NCBI GenBank assembly: GCA_965204735.1
Contig: OZ242008.1
Coordinates: forward strand, 1,632,001-1,696,000
Direction: 5' to 3'
Length of the DNA stretch: 64,000 nucleotides
From: Longimicrobiales bacterium
Lineage (GTDB): Bacteria; Gemmatimonadota; Gemmatimonadetes; Longimicrobiales; Gaopeijiaceae
The notes beneath the pieces are model-generated. The model was not told where the DNA came from, made no database searches, and saw only the letters and a list, made by a program, of their open reading frames with translations. Both the position numbers and the translations under genes were made by a program. Shown in pieces: positions 28,124 through 41,441 of the stretch (positions are counted from its first letter, which is position 1; every line of letters starts with the position of its first letter).

Positions 28124-30916
28124 ATGAGACGGAAAGCAATCTTTCTGGGTGCGCTGGCCGCGTTCCTGTCGGCTTCGGCTCCCCAAGCCGCCCTCGCGCA
28201 GCAAGGCGCCCTCGAAGGCGCCGTGACTGCCGAAGGCACTGGCGCCGCCCTTGCCGGCGCGCAGGTGTTCATCGACGCCCTGGGTCTCGGCGGCACGACC
28301 ACTCCCGAGGGCCGCTACCAGATCAGCGGGATCCCGGCGGGCACGCACAGCGTTCAAGTTCAGCTCATCGGATACCGGACCGAGGTTCGAACCGTCACGA
28401 TCGGGGCTGGCCAGACCTCCAATCTGGACGTGACGCTGTCGGTCGCGGCGATCGCCCTGGAGGGCTTGGTGGCCGTCGGGAGCCGCGCGCAGCCCCGAGC
28501 CGTCACCTCGTCGCCCGTTCCCGTGGACGCGATCGCGGCCACGGACTTCGTGAACCAGGGCGATACGGACATGAGCAACCTGCTACGCAACATCGCCCCG
28601 TCCTACAACGTCAACATGCAGCCGATCAGCGACGCGGCGACGATCTCTCGACCCGCCAACCTCCGCAACTTGGCGCCGGACCACACCCTGGTGCTCGTCA
28701 ACGGCAAGCGCCGCCACCGGGGCGCGATCATCACTTGGCTCGGCAACGGCGTGGCGGACGGCGCGCAAGGCGTGGACATCGCGGTCATCCCGGCGATCGC
28801 GCTCCGCCAAGTCGAGATCCTTCGCGACGGCGCGTCGGCCCAGTACGGCTCCGACGCCATCGCAGGGGTCATGAACTTCCAGCTGCGGGACGACCGAGAC
28901 AAGAAGTTCCGCTTCGAAGCCAAGACCGGCTCCTACCCCTTCTACGGCGACGGCGAGTCCCACTCCTTCGCAGGGAACGTGGGACTGCCGATCGGCGAGA
29001 CCGGGTTCCTCAACCTCAGCGCCGAGTACGGCAACGTGAACCCGACGGACCGCAGCGTGCAGCGCAACGACGCGCTCCTGCTGATCGGCGCGGGCAACAG
29101 CAGCGTCCGCAAGCCGGCCCAGATCTGGGGCTCCCCCCACGTGGAGGACGACCTGAAGGTATGGGCCAACGCCGGCGCCTTCCTCGGCGAGAACGTGCAG
29201 CTCTACGGCCACGGGAACTACGCCACCCGCAAAGTGACGGGCGGATTCTTCTTCCGCAACCCGAACACCCGCGGCGCGGTCTTCAGCGGCGACGGCGGCA
29301 GCACGCTCCTCATCGGCGACATGCTGGACGCCCAGGACGGCGTGCTGGACGGCTCCGCCAACTGCCCGGTCGTGAACATCACGAGAGGCGTGCCCGACCC
29401 GGTGGCGCTGAAGCAGGTCTTCGACGACCCGAACTGCTTCTCCTTCCAGGAACTCTTCCCAGGCGGCTTCACTCCCAACTTCGGCGGCGACGCCCTCGAC
29501 GCCTCCGCCGTTGCCGGCCTCAAGGGCACCGCGGGCGCCTTGGGCTGGGACGCCAGCGTCGGCTGGGGTAGGAACCACGCCGACTTCTTCATCTACAACA
29601 CGGTCAACGCTTCCCTGGGGCCGAACCAGCCGACGGGTCCCCCGGGCAACGAAGGCCAGCCGCTCTTCGACCCCGGCGACTACATCCAGGAAGACTTCAA
29701 CATCAACCTCGACCTGACGTACGCCGCCGGCGAGGGCGTGAACATCGCCGCAGGCGCCGAGCGGCGGCAGGAGGGCTTCGAGATCGTCGAGGGCCAGCGG
29801 GAGTCGTGGACCTTCGGTCCGTTGGCCGACCAGGGATTCAGCGCGGCGTCCAACGGCTTCCCCGGCTTCAGCCCCATCGCCGCGGGCAGCTGGACGCGGT
29901 CCAACGTCGCGGTGTACGGCGACCTCGAGATCCGCGACCCGGAGGCCGAGCGGTGGACGTTCGGTGCCGCGGTCCGATACGAGGACTTCTCCGACTTCGG
30001 CAGCACCTTCAACTACAAGGCCGCCTTCCGGTACGGCCTCAGCGAGAGGTTCGCCGTGCGGGGCAGCTTCAGCACTGGCTTCCGCGCGCCGACCACGGGC
30101 CAGCAGAACGCCTTCAACGTCTCCACCGTGTTCGACAACGACCTGGGAGACTTGGTCAACCGAGGGACGATCCCCTCGACTTCCGAGGTGGCCGCCCTGC
30201 GCGGAGGCGAGCAGCTCCAGCCCGAGAAGTCCCTCAACATCGCCGCGGGCATCGTGGCCGAGGTGGGCCAGCTCGACTTCACGATCGACTACTTCCGGAT
30301 CGCCCTGGAAGACCGGCTCTCCCAGACCCAGACGTTCAAGCTGACCGACCCCGAAGTCGATCAGTTGGTCGCCGAGGGCATCACCAGCGCCCGCAACCTG
30401 AGGGAGTTCCGCTTCTTCACCAACGACTTCGACACCGAGACCCAGGGAGTCGACGTCGTAGCGACCTACTCGCCCGAGTCGCTGGGGGGGAACACGACCT
30501 TCACGTTGCTGTACAACTTCACCAGCACGGACGTCACGACCCCGAGCTCCGAGACCTTGGGCACGACCCGGATCCGGCAGCTGGAAGAGGCGCTTCCGCG
30601 GAGCCGGTGGAACATCACGACGAACCAGTTCTCCGGGGACTGGCGCTTCCTCGGCCGCCTCAACTGGTACGGCGGATGGTTCGAGGGAGAGATTGCCCAA
30701 GCGGCCTACCCCGGCGGGGCCACCATGGACTTGGAGGCCGAGTACTCGCTGGGCGACAACACCAGCTTCGTCCTCGGCGGCCAGAACGTCCTCAACAAGT
30801 TGCCCGACGAGATCCCGAACCCGGCGTCCGTCGGCAACCGGTTCAGCGAGTACACCCCGTGGGGCTTCAACGGCGCCTACTTCTACGCCAAGGTCAACTA
30901 CGCCTGGGAGTGGTAG
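28124..30916 (+). CDS. TonB-dependent receptor 1 (N-terminal carboxypeptidase-regulatory-like domain)
   Basis: Signal peptide, plug motifs VLVNGKR and VEILRDGASAQYGSDAIAGVMN, STGFRAP, aromatic C-terminal strand. Confidence 0.92.
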   Translation: MRRKAIFLGALAAFLSASAPQAALAQQGALEGAVTAEGTGAALAGAQVFIDALGLGGTTTPEGRYQISGIPAGTHSVQVQLIGYRTEVRTVTIGAGQTSNLDVTLSVAAIALEGLVAVGSRAQPRAVTSSPVPVDAIAATDFVNQGDTDMSNLLRNIAPSYNVNMQPISDAATISRPANLRNLAPDHTLVLVNGKRRHRGAIITWLGNGVADGAQGVDIAVIPAIALRQVEILRDGASAQYGSDAIAGVMNFQLRDDRDKKFRFEAKTGSYPFYGDGESHSFAGNVGLPIGETGFLNLSAEYGNVNPTDRSVQRNDALLLIGAGNSSVRKPAQIWGSPHVEDDLKVWANAGAFLGENVQLYGHGNYATRKVTGGFFFRNPNTRGAVFSGDGGSTLLIGDMLDAQDGVLDGSANCPVVNITRGVPDPVALKQVFDDPNCFSFQELFPGGFTPNFGGDALDASAVAGLKGTAGALGWDASVGWGRNHADFFIYNTVNASLGPNQPTGPPGNEGQPLFDPGDYIQEDFNINLDLTYAAGEGVNIAAGAERRQEGFEIVEGQRESWTFGPLADQGFSAASNGFPGFSPIAAGSWTRSNVAVYGDLEIRDPEAERWTFGAAVRYEDFSDFGSTFNYKAAFRYGLSERFAVRGSFSTGFRAPTTGQQNAFNVSTVFDNDLGDLVNRGTIPSTSEVAALRGGEQLQPEKSLNIAAGIVAEVGQLDFTIDYFRIALEDRLSQTQTFKLTDPEVDQLVAEGITSARNLREFRFFTNDFDTETQGVDVVATYSPESLGGNTTFTLLYNFTSTDVTTPSSETLGTTRIRQLEEALPRSRWNITTNQFSGDWRFLGRLNWYGGWFEGEIAQAAYPGGATMDLEAEYSLGDNTSFVLGGQNVLNKLPDEIPNPASVGNRFSEYTPWGFNGAYFYAKVNYAWEW

Positions 30917-30963
30917 GGGACGGGAGGCAGTGAGAAGGTCGCCGTAGGAGCGGTGCGGCCAGG

Positions 30964-30992
30964 GGGCTCCGGCGCGGTGCGGGCCGGAGCCC
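30964..30992 (+). terminator. GC-rich intergenic hairpin (weak terminator or mRNA-stabilising stem)
   Basis: GGGCTCCGGC / GCCGGAGCCC 10-bp stem followed only by TTCT. Confidence 0.4.
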
Positions 30993-31037
30993 TTCTCGCC
31001 TCGTCCGCTCTTTGCGGCAGGACAGTGGAGGACAGTC

Positions 31038-33826
31038 ATGAGCATGATCCCAAGGGTCCTCGCCCCACGGGTCCTCGTCCCAAGGGTCCTCGCGACTTCC
31101 GTGGTTGCGGCCTTCGCAGCCGCGGCGACGTCGGCGCCTGGCCAAGTCGAAGCTCAGGGGACGCTTGAAGGGCGGGTCCTTGCTTCGGGAACGGGCGCAG
31201 GGCTGGCGGGTGCGCAAGTGTCCTTGGCGACCCTGGGCATCGGGAGCGTCACGGGGCCCCAAGGCCGCTATGCGATCAGCGGCGTGCCGGCGGGAACCCA
31301 CGAGGTTGCCTTCAGCTTCATCGGCTACAGCGTCGAGTTGCGCGAAGTCGTGGTGGCCGACGGGCAGACCACGCGCCTCGACGTGGAGATGTCCCCAGCG
31401 GCGATCGCCCTGGAGGGGCTGGTGGCGGTGGGCAGCCGAGCGAGGCCGCGCGCGGTCACGGCGTCGCCGGTGCCCGTGGACGCCATCGCTGCGACCGAGT
31501 TCGCGAATCAGGGGGACACGGACCTCAGCAGCCTTCTGCGCAACATCGCCCCTTCGTACAACGTCAACATCCAGCCGATCGCAGATGCGGCGACCGTGTC
31601 CCGGCCGGCCAATCTGCGCAACTTGGCCCCGGACCACACGGTGGTGCTCGTCGACGGAAAGCGGCGCCACCGTTCAGCCGCGATCGCATGGTTCGGCAAC
31701 GGGGTGGCCGACGGCGCCCAAGGGCCGGACATCGCGGTCATCCCAGCGGTTGCGTTGCGCCAAGTCGAGATACTTCGCGACGGCGCCTCGGCCCAATACG
31801 GCTCCGACGCCATCGCCGGCGTCATGAACTTTCTGCTTCGGGACGACCGCTCCGGCGGGAGCCTGGAAGCCCGGCTGGGCAGCTATCCGGTCGCGGGCGA
31901 CGGCCAGTCGTTCACCCTGGCGGGCAACGTGGGCCTGCCGCTGGGAGAGACGGGCTTCGCCAACCTCAGCGCCGAGTACGGCAACGAGAGCCCCACCAGC
32001 CGGAGCGTGCAGCGGGACGACGCGCTGGCGCTGATCATGGCCGGCAACGATGCGGTGGCGACACCGGCGCAAGTGTGGGGCTCGCCCGACGTGGCCGACA
32101 ACGTCAAGCTGTGGGGCAACTTCGGCGCGTTCCTGGGGGACGCCCTGCAGCTCTACGGCCACGGCAACTACGCCGCCAAGACCGTGGTCGGCGGGTTCTT
32201 CTTCCGAAACCCCAACGAACGGCAGGCGATCTACAGCAACGACCAAGGGCGCACCCTGCTCGTCGCCGACATGCTCGACGCCCAGGACGGCGTGCTCGAC
32301 GGGTCGGCGAAGTGCCCGGTCGTGCGGATCGTCGGCGGAGTGCCGGACCCGGTGGCGTTCGGCCGGGTGAAGGACGATCCCAACTGCTTCTCGTTCCAGG
32401 AAATCCTGCCGGGCGGCTACACGCCCCAGTTCGGCGCCGACATGCTGGACGGCTCGTTCGCGGCAGGCCTCAAGGGCGAGACCGGCTTCGGGATGCTGTG
32501 GGACGCCAGCGCAAGCTTCGGCAGCAGCAAGCTGGACTTCTTCATCGACCAGACGACCAACGCCTCCCTGGGTCCCGCGACGCCCCTCCACTTCGACTTG
32601 GGCTCGTATCAGCAGCAGGAGCTCAACGTCCACGCCGACGTGTCGTACGAGCTCAACGACGTGATCAACTTGGCCGCCGGCGGCGAGTGGCGCGACGAGC
32701 GCTTCGAGGTCGGAGGCGGGCAGCGCGAGTCCTGGGAGTTCGGTCCGCTGGCGGTGCAGGGCTTTCGGGCCGCCTCCGACGGATTTCCCGGCTTCGGCCC
32801 CCTGGCCGTGGGAGAGTGGAGCCGCTCCAACTACGCCTTCTACGGCGACGTGGAGATGCGGGACCCGGACGACGAGAGGTGGACCGTGGCCGGCGCCGTG
32901 CGCGTCGAGGACTTCTCCGACTTCGGCGTCACCGCCAACGGCAAGTTCGCCGGAAGGTACGGCTTCACCGACGCCGTGGCTTTGCGCGGCAGCGTGAGCA
33001 CCGGCTTTCGCGCGCCGACGCCGGGGCAGCAGAACGTCTTCAACGTGACCACCGAGTTCGACCGCGAGATCAATGCGCCGGTCAACAAGGCCACGATCGC
33101 CTCCACGTCGCCGGTCGCCCGTCTGCGGGGAGGGAAGCAGCTGCAGCCCGAGGAATCGGTCAACGCGGCCCTCGGCGCGGTGGTGAGCCTGGGCGCGTTC
33201 AACCTGACCGTGGACTACTTCCAGATCGACGTGACCCGGCGGATATCGCTGACCCAGGACTTCAGGCTCGAGCCGGCGGAGGTCGAGGCGCTCCTTGCCG
33301 AGGGGATCACCAGCGCGGGCAACGTTCGCGACTTTCGCTTCTTCACCAACGACTTCGACACGCGCACGCGGGGCGTGGACATGGTGGCCACCTACCAGCC
33401 CGAAGCGTTGGGCGACGCCACCACCTTCACCGTTCTCTTCAACCGCACGAACACGACAGTCACCAAGTTCAGCCCCGACGTCCTCGACGCGCGGCGGATT
33501 CGCGAGCTCGAGCAAGCGCTGCCCAGGACCCGCTGGAACCTGTCGGCCAACCACGCGCCCGATCCATGGCGCTTCATGGCCCGGCTGAACTACTACGGCG
33601 GCTGGCACGATTCGGAGGACGCCCGGTTCTACGACGGAGACGCGACCGTGGACATGGAAGCGGCCTACTCGGTGAACGAGTCGGCGAGCTTCGCCTTGGG
33701 CGGGCAGAACGTGCTGAACAAGTTCCCGGACAGGAACCCGACCGCGGCGCTGGTGGGCAACCCGTACAGCCAGTACGCGCCGTACGGCTTCAACGGAGCG
33801 TTCTTCTACGTTCGGATGAACTACCA

Positions 33827-33842
<16 letters not shown>
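31038..33842 (+). CDS. TonB-dependent receptor 2 (paralog)
   Basis: Same motifs as receptor 1; GGAGG SD. Confidence 0.92.
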
Positions 33843-36586
<2,744 letters not shown>

Positions 36587-36619
36587 CGGGCTGGACGGCC
36601 CAGCTCCGACGTTGGCCCG

Positions 36620-38917
36620 CTACTCGATTGTGATCCGTTCGGCGGCGTAGACGAAGAGGACGTCGTTGGCGGCCTTGCAGCTCTCGAGCACGCTGGCGTA
36701 GTCGTCGCTGGCGATCTGGGCCGCCGAGATCCCGGCGATCACCAAGTCGGCAGTGGAGGAGTTGTCGGCCACCGCAGCCTCGAGGTCGGCGGGAGTCTTC
36801 ACCGCTCGAGTCTCGATGTTGTTTCTGGATATGGGCAGCCGACCCTGCATGATCAAGTCGGAAAGTTCGTCGACGCTGTTCTTCCGGCGTTCCGGGTCCA
36901 CGCAGGCGAAGACGCGTATCTCGGCAGTCCTCCACTCGTGATGGCCGACGATGATGTATGCCAGCATCAGCATCATCGCCACGTTGGCGAGCGTCTCGCG
37001 GGTGACCCAAACGTGTATCGACGCGCGGTATCCGAAGCGGAAGGTCGTCGAACGCAGGACCGTGACGTTGAAGTTGGCCGAGGCGGCCAGGGCAATCGCC
37101 TTGCTGACGTCGGCGATTTCGCCGGCGTGGTCTTGGTCGAACTCCAAGAGGACGCTGTTGTTGGGGAACCCGGAGACGCCGGGAAACTGCAGCGCCTGGG
37201 TCACGGCCGACTCGAAGGACGGCGCAATGAGCGTGTCGACGAAAGTGCCCGCCCGGCTCAAGTCGGAGCGCCGCACGAGCTTGCCAAGCTGGGCCCGGGC
37301 CTCGATCTCGGTCTCCAGGCTGTACTCGCCCTCGATGTACTGGATGAAGTGGCCGAAGCCGTGGCGGTGGCAAATCCACCGAAGCAAGTCGAACTGAGCG
37401 ACCCGGCGCTGCCCGTGGCGAGTGATGGCGATGAACGAAGGGCGCCAGCCGTCCTGGTGGTTGCGCTGGTTTTTCTGAAGGGTGATCTGCAGTCGGCGGA
37501 CCGTTTGGTACATGGCGCTTTGCAGGATTACGGCAAAGTCGCGCTCGCCCCGGCGGGTTCGGCTCAGTCCGAAGTAGATCAGCACCATGATCGCGACCGA
37601 CAAGAGGGCGTAGGCGGCGTTCATCTGGATCATCATCAGCCCGCACATCAGGGCGCCCACCAGCGACACGTACCAGCGTGACCGGAAGGTCGGACGGTAC
37701 GAGGGGTTGCCCGCGAAGTACTCCAGAAACGACACGAGGCAAAGCGCGCCGTAGGTCACCATGAAGAACATGCTGAGGATCTGGGCGATGAAGTCTATGT
37801 CTCCCATGAGCACGAAGACCAGCGCCAGCGCCGACGACACCCAGATGGCGTTGCTAGGCTCGTCGGCCGCGCCTCGGCCTCGGGCCAGCAGCTCGTTGAC
37901 GCCACGCACGGGAAACACCTTGTCGCGAGCCAGCGCTTGCAGCGTTCGAGGCGCCCCCAGGATCGAGCCGAGCGACGACGAGAGCGCCGCGGCGGCGAGT
38001 CCCACGAACACCGCCGGGCCCCAGAGCGCGATCTGCGCCATGACGAACTGATCCCCTGCCAGGACCTCGGGCGTTGCATGGTTGGCCAGCTTCACGGCGA
38101 CGATCACGTACACGACCATGCCGGTGACCGTGGCGCCTATGCTTCCAAGCGGAATCGAGCGCTTGGGCTCCTTCAGGTCTCCAGAGAGGCTGAGGCCCGC
38201 GATCATGCCCGTGAACGCAGGGAACACGGTCGCAAAGACCCGGCCGAAGCCGTCCGGCTCGGCGACCGTGGCGGTCACGTTGAGTCCCTCGGGTCGAATC
38301 TCCGGCGGGCCGCTGCCGAGAAGGAAGGACCCGATCACAAGCGCCAGGATGCCGGAGACGATCCAGAGCGCCCGGACCCCGAGGTCGGCGCCGCGGGTGA
38401 GCATGAGCGTGCACAGGACGATCAGCCCGGGCAGGCTCACCCACTGCACCATCGGACGGATGTCGTACCGTGCCGCCGCCCACTGCATGACCGGTTCGAA
38501 CGCCTCTCCGAAGGCGACCAGGTAGAACGCCACCGAGATCGCCTCCGACAGGTAGAGGGCGATGCCGATGGAGCCGCCGATCGTCGTCCCGAAGGATCGG
38601 CTGATGATGAAGTACGCGCCGCCGCCCGCGACCCGCCTGTTGGTTGCGATCTCGGAGACCGCCAGCACCGTGGGGATCGTGACCATGTGGCCGATGGCGA
38701 TGATGAGCAGGGTCCCGCCCAGTCCCACGTGGCCCACGGCGTAGCCGAAGCGCAGGAACAGGATGGCGCCCAGGATCGTGCTGACCGACGCCAGGAAGAC
38801 GGGCGCCGTGCCGAAGCCGTGGCCGCTGCGCTGTTGCGCTTGGCCGGCGGCGGCCGGACGCCCGAGGCGGGAGAGGACCCGGTGGGGGGATTCGGCGGTG
38901 GCTGGGCTGTTCGCCAT
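36620..38917 (-). CDS. Cation-chloride cotransporter (SLC12-like) / amino acid permease family protein
   Basis: ILGAILFLR, GGGAYFIISRSFG..IGG.IG, FPAFTG...G..LSGDLKEP..SIPLG, and a cytoplasmic domain starting WRP. Confidence 0.85.
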   Translation of the reverse strand: MANSPATAESPHRVLSRLGRPAAAGQAQQRSGHGFGTAPVFLASVSTILGAILFLRFGYAVGHVGLGGTLLIIAIGHMVTIPTVLAVSEIATNRRVAGGGAYFIISRSFGTTIGGSIGIALYLSEAISVAFYLVAFGEAFEPVMQWAAARYDIRPMVQWVSLPGLIVLCTLMLTRGADLGVRALWIVSGILALVIGSFLLGSGPPEIRPEGLNVTATVAEPDGFGRVFATVFPAFTGMIAGLSLSGDLKEPKRSIPLGSIGATVTGMVVYVIVAVKLANHATPEVLAGDQFVMAQIALWGPAVFVGLAAAALSSSLGSILGAPRTLQALARDKVFPVRGVNELLARGRGAADEPSNAIWVSSALALVFVLMGDIDFIAQILSMFFMVTYGALCLVSFLEYFAGNPSYRPTFRSRWYVSLVGALMCGLMMIQMNAAYALLSVAIMVLIYFGLSRTRRGERDFAVILQSAMYQTVRRLQITLQKNQRNHQDGWRPSFIAITRHGQRRVAQFDLLRWICHRHGFGHFIQYIEGEYSLETEIEARAQLGKLVRRSDLSRAGTFVDTLIAPSFESAVTQALQFPGVSGFPNNSVLLEFDQDHAGEIADVSKAIALAASANFNVTVLRSTTFRFGYRASIHVWVTRETLANVAMMLMLAYIIVGHHEWRTAEIRVFACVDPERRKNSVDELSDLIMQGRLPISRNNIETRAVKTPADLEAAVADNSSTADLVIAGISAAQIASDDYASVLESCKAANDVLFVYAAERITIE

Positions 38918-38966
38918 GGGCGGCGGCGGTGGTTGGCGGAGGGGCGTGGAGGTTCCCGGAAAGGGA

Positions 38967-40769
38967 TCAGCCGGCCGGGTCGGACGTCCTGCGGGCGCTG
39001 GTGGGCTCCGGCGCGATCACCGTCCCCGGCAGCGCGTACGTGATGTCCCCGTTCTCCACCGCGAACTCGCCGTTGATCAGGACGTGCTCGATCCCGGCGG
39101 CGTGCTGGTGGGGCTCGAAGACGGTTGCTCGGTCGGCGATCTCCTCCAGGTCGAAGACGACGAGGTCCGCCCAAGCGCCCGCGCGGACGGCGCCCCGGTC
39201 GTTCGAGCCCATGATCAGGGCGGGCAAGGAGGTCTGGGAGCGGATCGCCGCCTCCAGGGAGAGCGCTCCGGCGACGAGCGCGTAGTGGCGGATCTTGCGC
39301 GGAAACGTGCCGTAGAAGCGGGGGTGGACCGGGCCGTCGGGCGGGTGGGCGATTCCTCCGTCGGACGCCGTGGCCACCCAGGGCTGGGCCGCGTAGAGCT
39401 CCACGTCCGCCTCGGACATCGAAAACCCCCTCATCCGGCCCCCGCCGGGGCGTTCGGGGTCGCCTTCCAGCTGAAGGTCGATCGCCGTCTGGACGGGGGT
39501 CGCGCCCCTGTCCGCGGCCACCTCCGCCAGCGACTTGCCGACCAGGCTCTGGTCCGGGTACTCCATCACCACGACCCGCTCGGCGCCGCCGCGTCGCCTG
39601 ATCTCGTGGGCCACGTCGCGTCGAATCGCCTGCTCGCCCCGGGGCCGCGCCATGGCCAAGCGGAGCATCGCGGCAGGCGGGCGGGCCTCGCGGGACTCGC
39701 CGGCCTCCGGGTCCCGCAACGCCCAGCGGGGGATCAGCACCGTGTTGCCGTCGGAGCCGCTGGTGGCGTAGGGGTACTGATCCGCCCACACCCGCACGCC
39801 TTCGTCGCGAGCGCGCTGGATCAGCTGAACCGCCGACGCGCTGGACCCCCAGAAGTGGGCGCCCTTCGCCTTGATGTGAGAGGCGACCACGCGAACGCCC
39901 GTGCGGCGTCCGATCTCGATCGTCTCCATCACCGCGTCTTGCAGCGTGGGCGGACCCGGCTCGCTCCGACTGGGCCAGAACCACATGGGGTCGGGTCCCT
40001 CGGAGCGCTGGTGCGAGATGTACACGCCGTCCCAGGGCGCCAGCTCCGCCACCAATGCCGCGACTTCGTCGGTGGCGCTCCATCGTCCCGGCGAGTACTC
40101 CAGCCCTGCCGACAACCCTGCGGCGCCGTCCTCCATCGCCTGGCGCGTCAGTGCCTGCATCTCCGCGACTTCCGCATCCGTGGCGGGCCGCCGGAAGTCG
40201 TCTCCCATGACCATGCCTCGGATCGTCCCGTGACCCGCCAGCAGCATGACATTCGGTCCCACGCCCTGGGACTCCAGCAGCGCGCGCTGGCCTGCAATCG
40301 GCCACGGCGAACGCCCGTCCTGGTTGACCACGATCGTCGTGACGCCCTGCGAGACCACGTTGGGCGCGGCCTTCCGGTGCAGGGAGTCGGTGCGGATCGT
40401 CGCCTCGCCGACCTCGCGGCCCCCGTCGTCGGCGTGGGAGTGGACGTCGATGAACCCGGGCGCCACGTACAGCCCCGCAGCGTCGAGGGTCCTGGCGGCG
40501 GGAGCGCCGGCCAGCATTCCCACGGCCACGATGCGCCCGTCGCGGACGCCCACGTCCGCCCTGAACCAGGGGTTCCCGGTCCCGTCCAGGACGCGGCCGC
40601 CGGAGACGAGCAGGTCGAACGGCTCCTGAGAACGGGCGGCAGCGGCGTGGGCGGAGGGGGGCGCAGCCAGCGCCGCCGGCGACGCCGCAATGGCCGGATG
40701 GGCCCGGACGAGCGATGTCGTCGCCAGGACCACGACTCCGGCAAGGGCTTTCGGGACCGTTCTGGACAT
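38967..40769 (-). CDS. N-acyl-D-amino-acid deacylase family amidohydrolase
   Basis: DGTGNP...ADVG, PGFIDVHSH, H.RSE, SHIK, DQYPY, HPRFYGTFPR. Confidence 0.85.
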   Translation of the reverse strand: MSRTVPKALAGVVVLATTSLVRAHPAIAASPAALAAPPSAHAAAARSQEPFDLLVSGGRVLDGTGNPWFRADVGVRDGRIVAVGMLAGAPAARTLDAAGLYVAPGFIDVHSHADDGGREVGEATIRTDSLHRKAAPNVVSQGVTTIVVNQDGRSPWPIAGQRALLESQGVGPNVMLLAGHGTIRGMVMGDDFRRPATDAEVAEMQALTRQAMEDGAAGLSAGLEYSPGRWSATDEVAALVAELAPWDGVYISHQRSEGPDPMWFWPSRSEPGPPTLQDAVMETIEIGRRTGVRVVASHIKAKGAHFWGSSASAVQLIQRARDEGVRVWADQYPYATSGSDGNTVLIPRWALRDPEAGESREARPPAAMLRLAMARPRGEQAIRRDVAHEIRRRGGAERVVVMEYPDQSLVGKSLAEVAADRGATPVQTAIDLQLEGDPERPGGGRMRGFSMSEADVELYAAQPWVATASDGGIAHPPDGPVHPRFYGTFPRKIRHYALVAGALSLEAAIRSQTSLPALIMGSNDRGAVRAGAWADLVVFDLEEIADRATVFEPHQHAAGIEHVLINGEFAVENGDITYALPGTVIAPEPTSARRTSDPAG

Positions 40770-40834
40770 GGTACGCTGCTGAAGGGAGAGTTTGGATAAC
40801 TGGTAGTGGACCCTTGCTTGCTTTGCAACGTGAC

Positions 40835-41365
40835 ATGGGACCGGAAGCAACGCGACAGGGGACCGACCGAGCCAGCGCCGACCCGCCGGCGCGCGCCCAT
40901 GGCCCCGAACCGCTGGCCGACCCGCCGACCGAGCCGCCCCCGTCCCCCGAGCGCAGCGCCCTCATGGCGCGGATCGGCTCCAAGGACACCAAGCCGGAAC
41001 TCGCCGTGCGCAAGCTCCTTCACGGCCTGGGCTACCGCTACCGGCTCCACCGGCGGGATCTGCCTGGCACGCCGGACATCTGCTTTCCCGGGCGCAGGAA
41101 GGCGATCTTCGTCCACGGATGCTTCTGGCACCGCCACGGGTGCCGCCGGACGACGACGCCGAGCACGCGAGCGTCCTACTGGCGGCAGAAGTTCGACCGG
41201 AACGTGGTCCGGGACCGACGCGCCCTGACGGACCTCGACGAACTCGGCTGGGAGACGCTGGTCGTGTGGGAGTGCGAGGTCGCCGACCTGCCCGCGCTCA
41301 CGGAACGGCTGGTGGCCTTCCTCTCGGAGCCCGACTCCCACGGTCTCGCCGACCCCTCGCCTTGA
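40835..41365 (+). CDS. vsr: Very short patch repair endonuclease (start uncertain, 40835-40913)
   Basis: RS..M.RI.SKDTKPE, LPGTPD, FVHGCFWH, N..RD, GW...VVWEC. Confidence 0.9.
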   Translation: MGPEATRQGTDRASADPPARAHGPEPLADPPTEPPPSPERSALMARIGSKDTKPELAVRKLLHGLGYRYRLHRRDLPGTPDICFPGRRKAIFVHGCFWHRHGCRRTTTPSTRASYWRQKFDRNVVRDRRALTDLDELGWETLVVWECEVADLPALTERLVAFLSEPDSHGLADPSP

Positions 41366-41441
41366 CGTCCGGCGTCCGCGAGAGCGCCGCCTGGTTGGTC
41401 GCGGCCGGCGCCGGGGCGCTCCCCTCAGGGCCCATCCGGGC

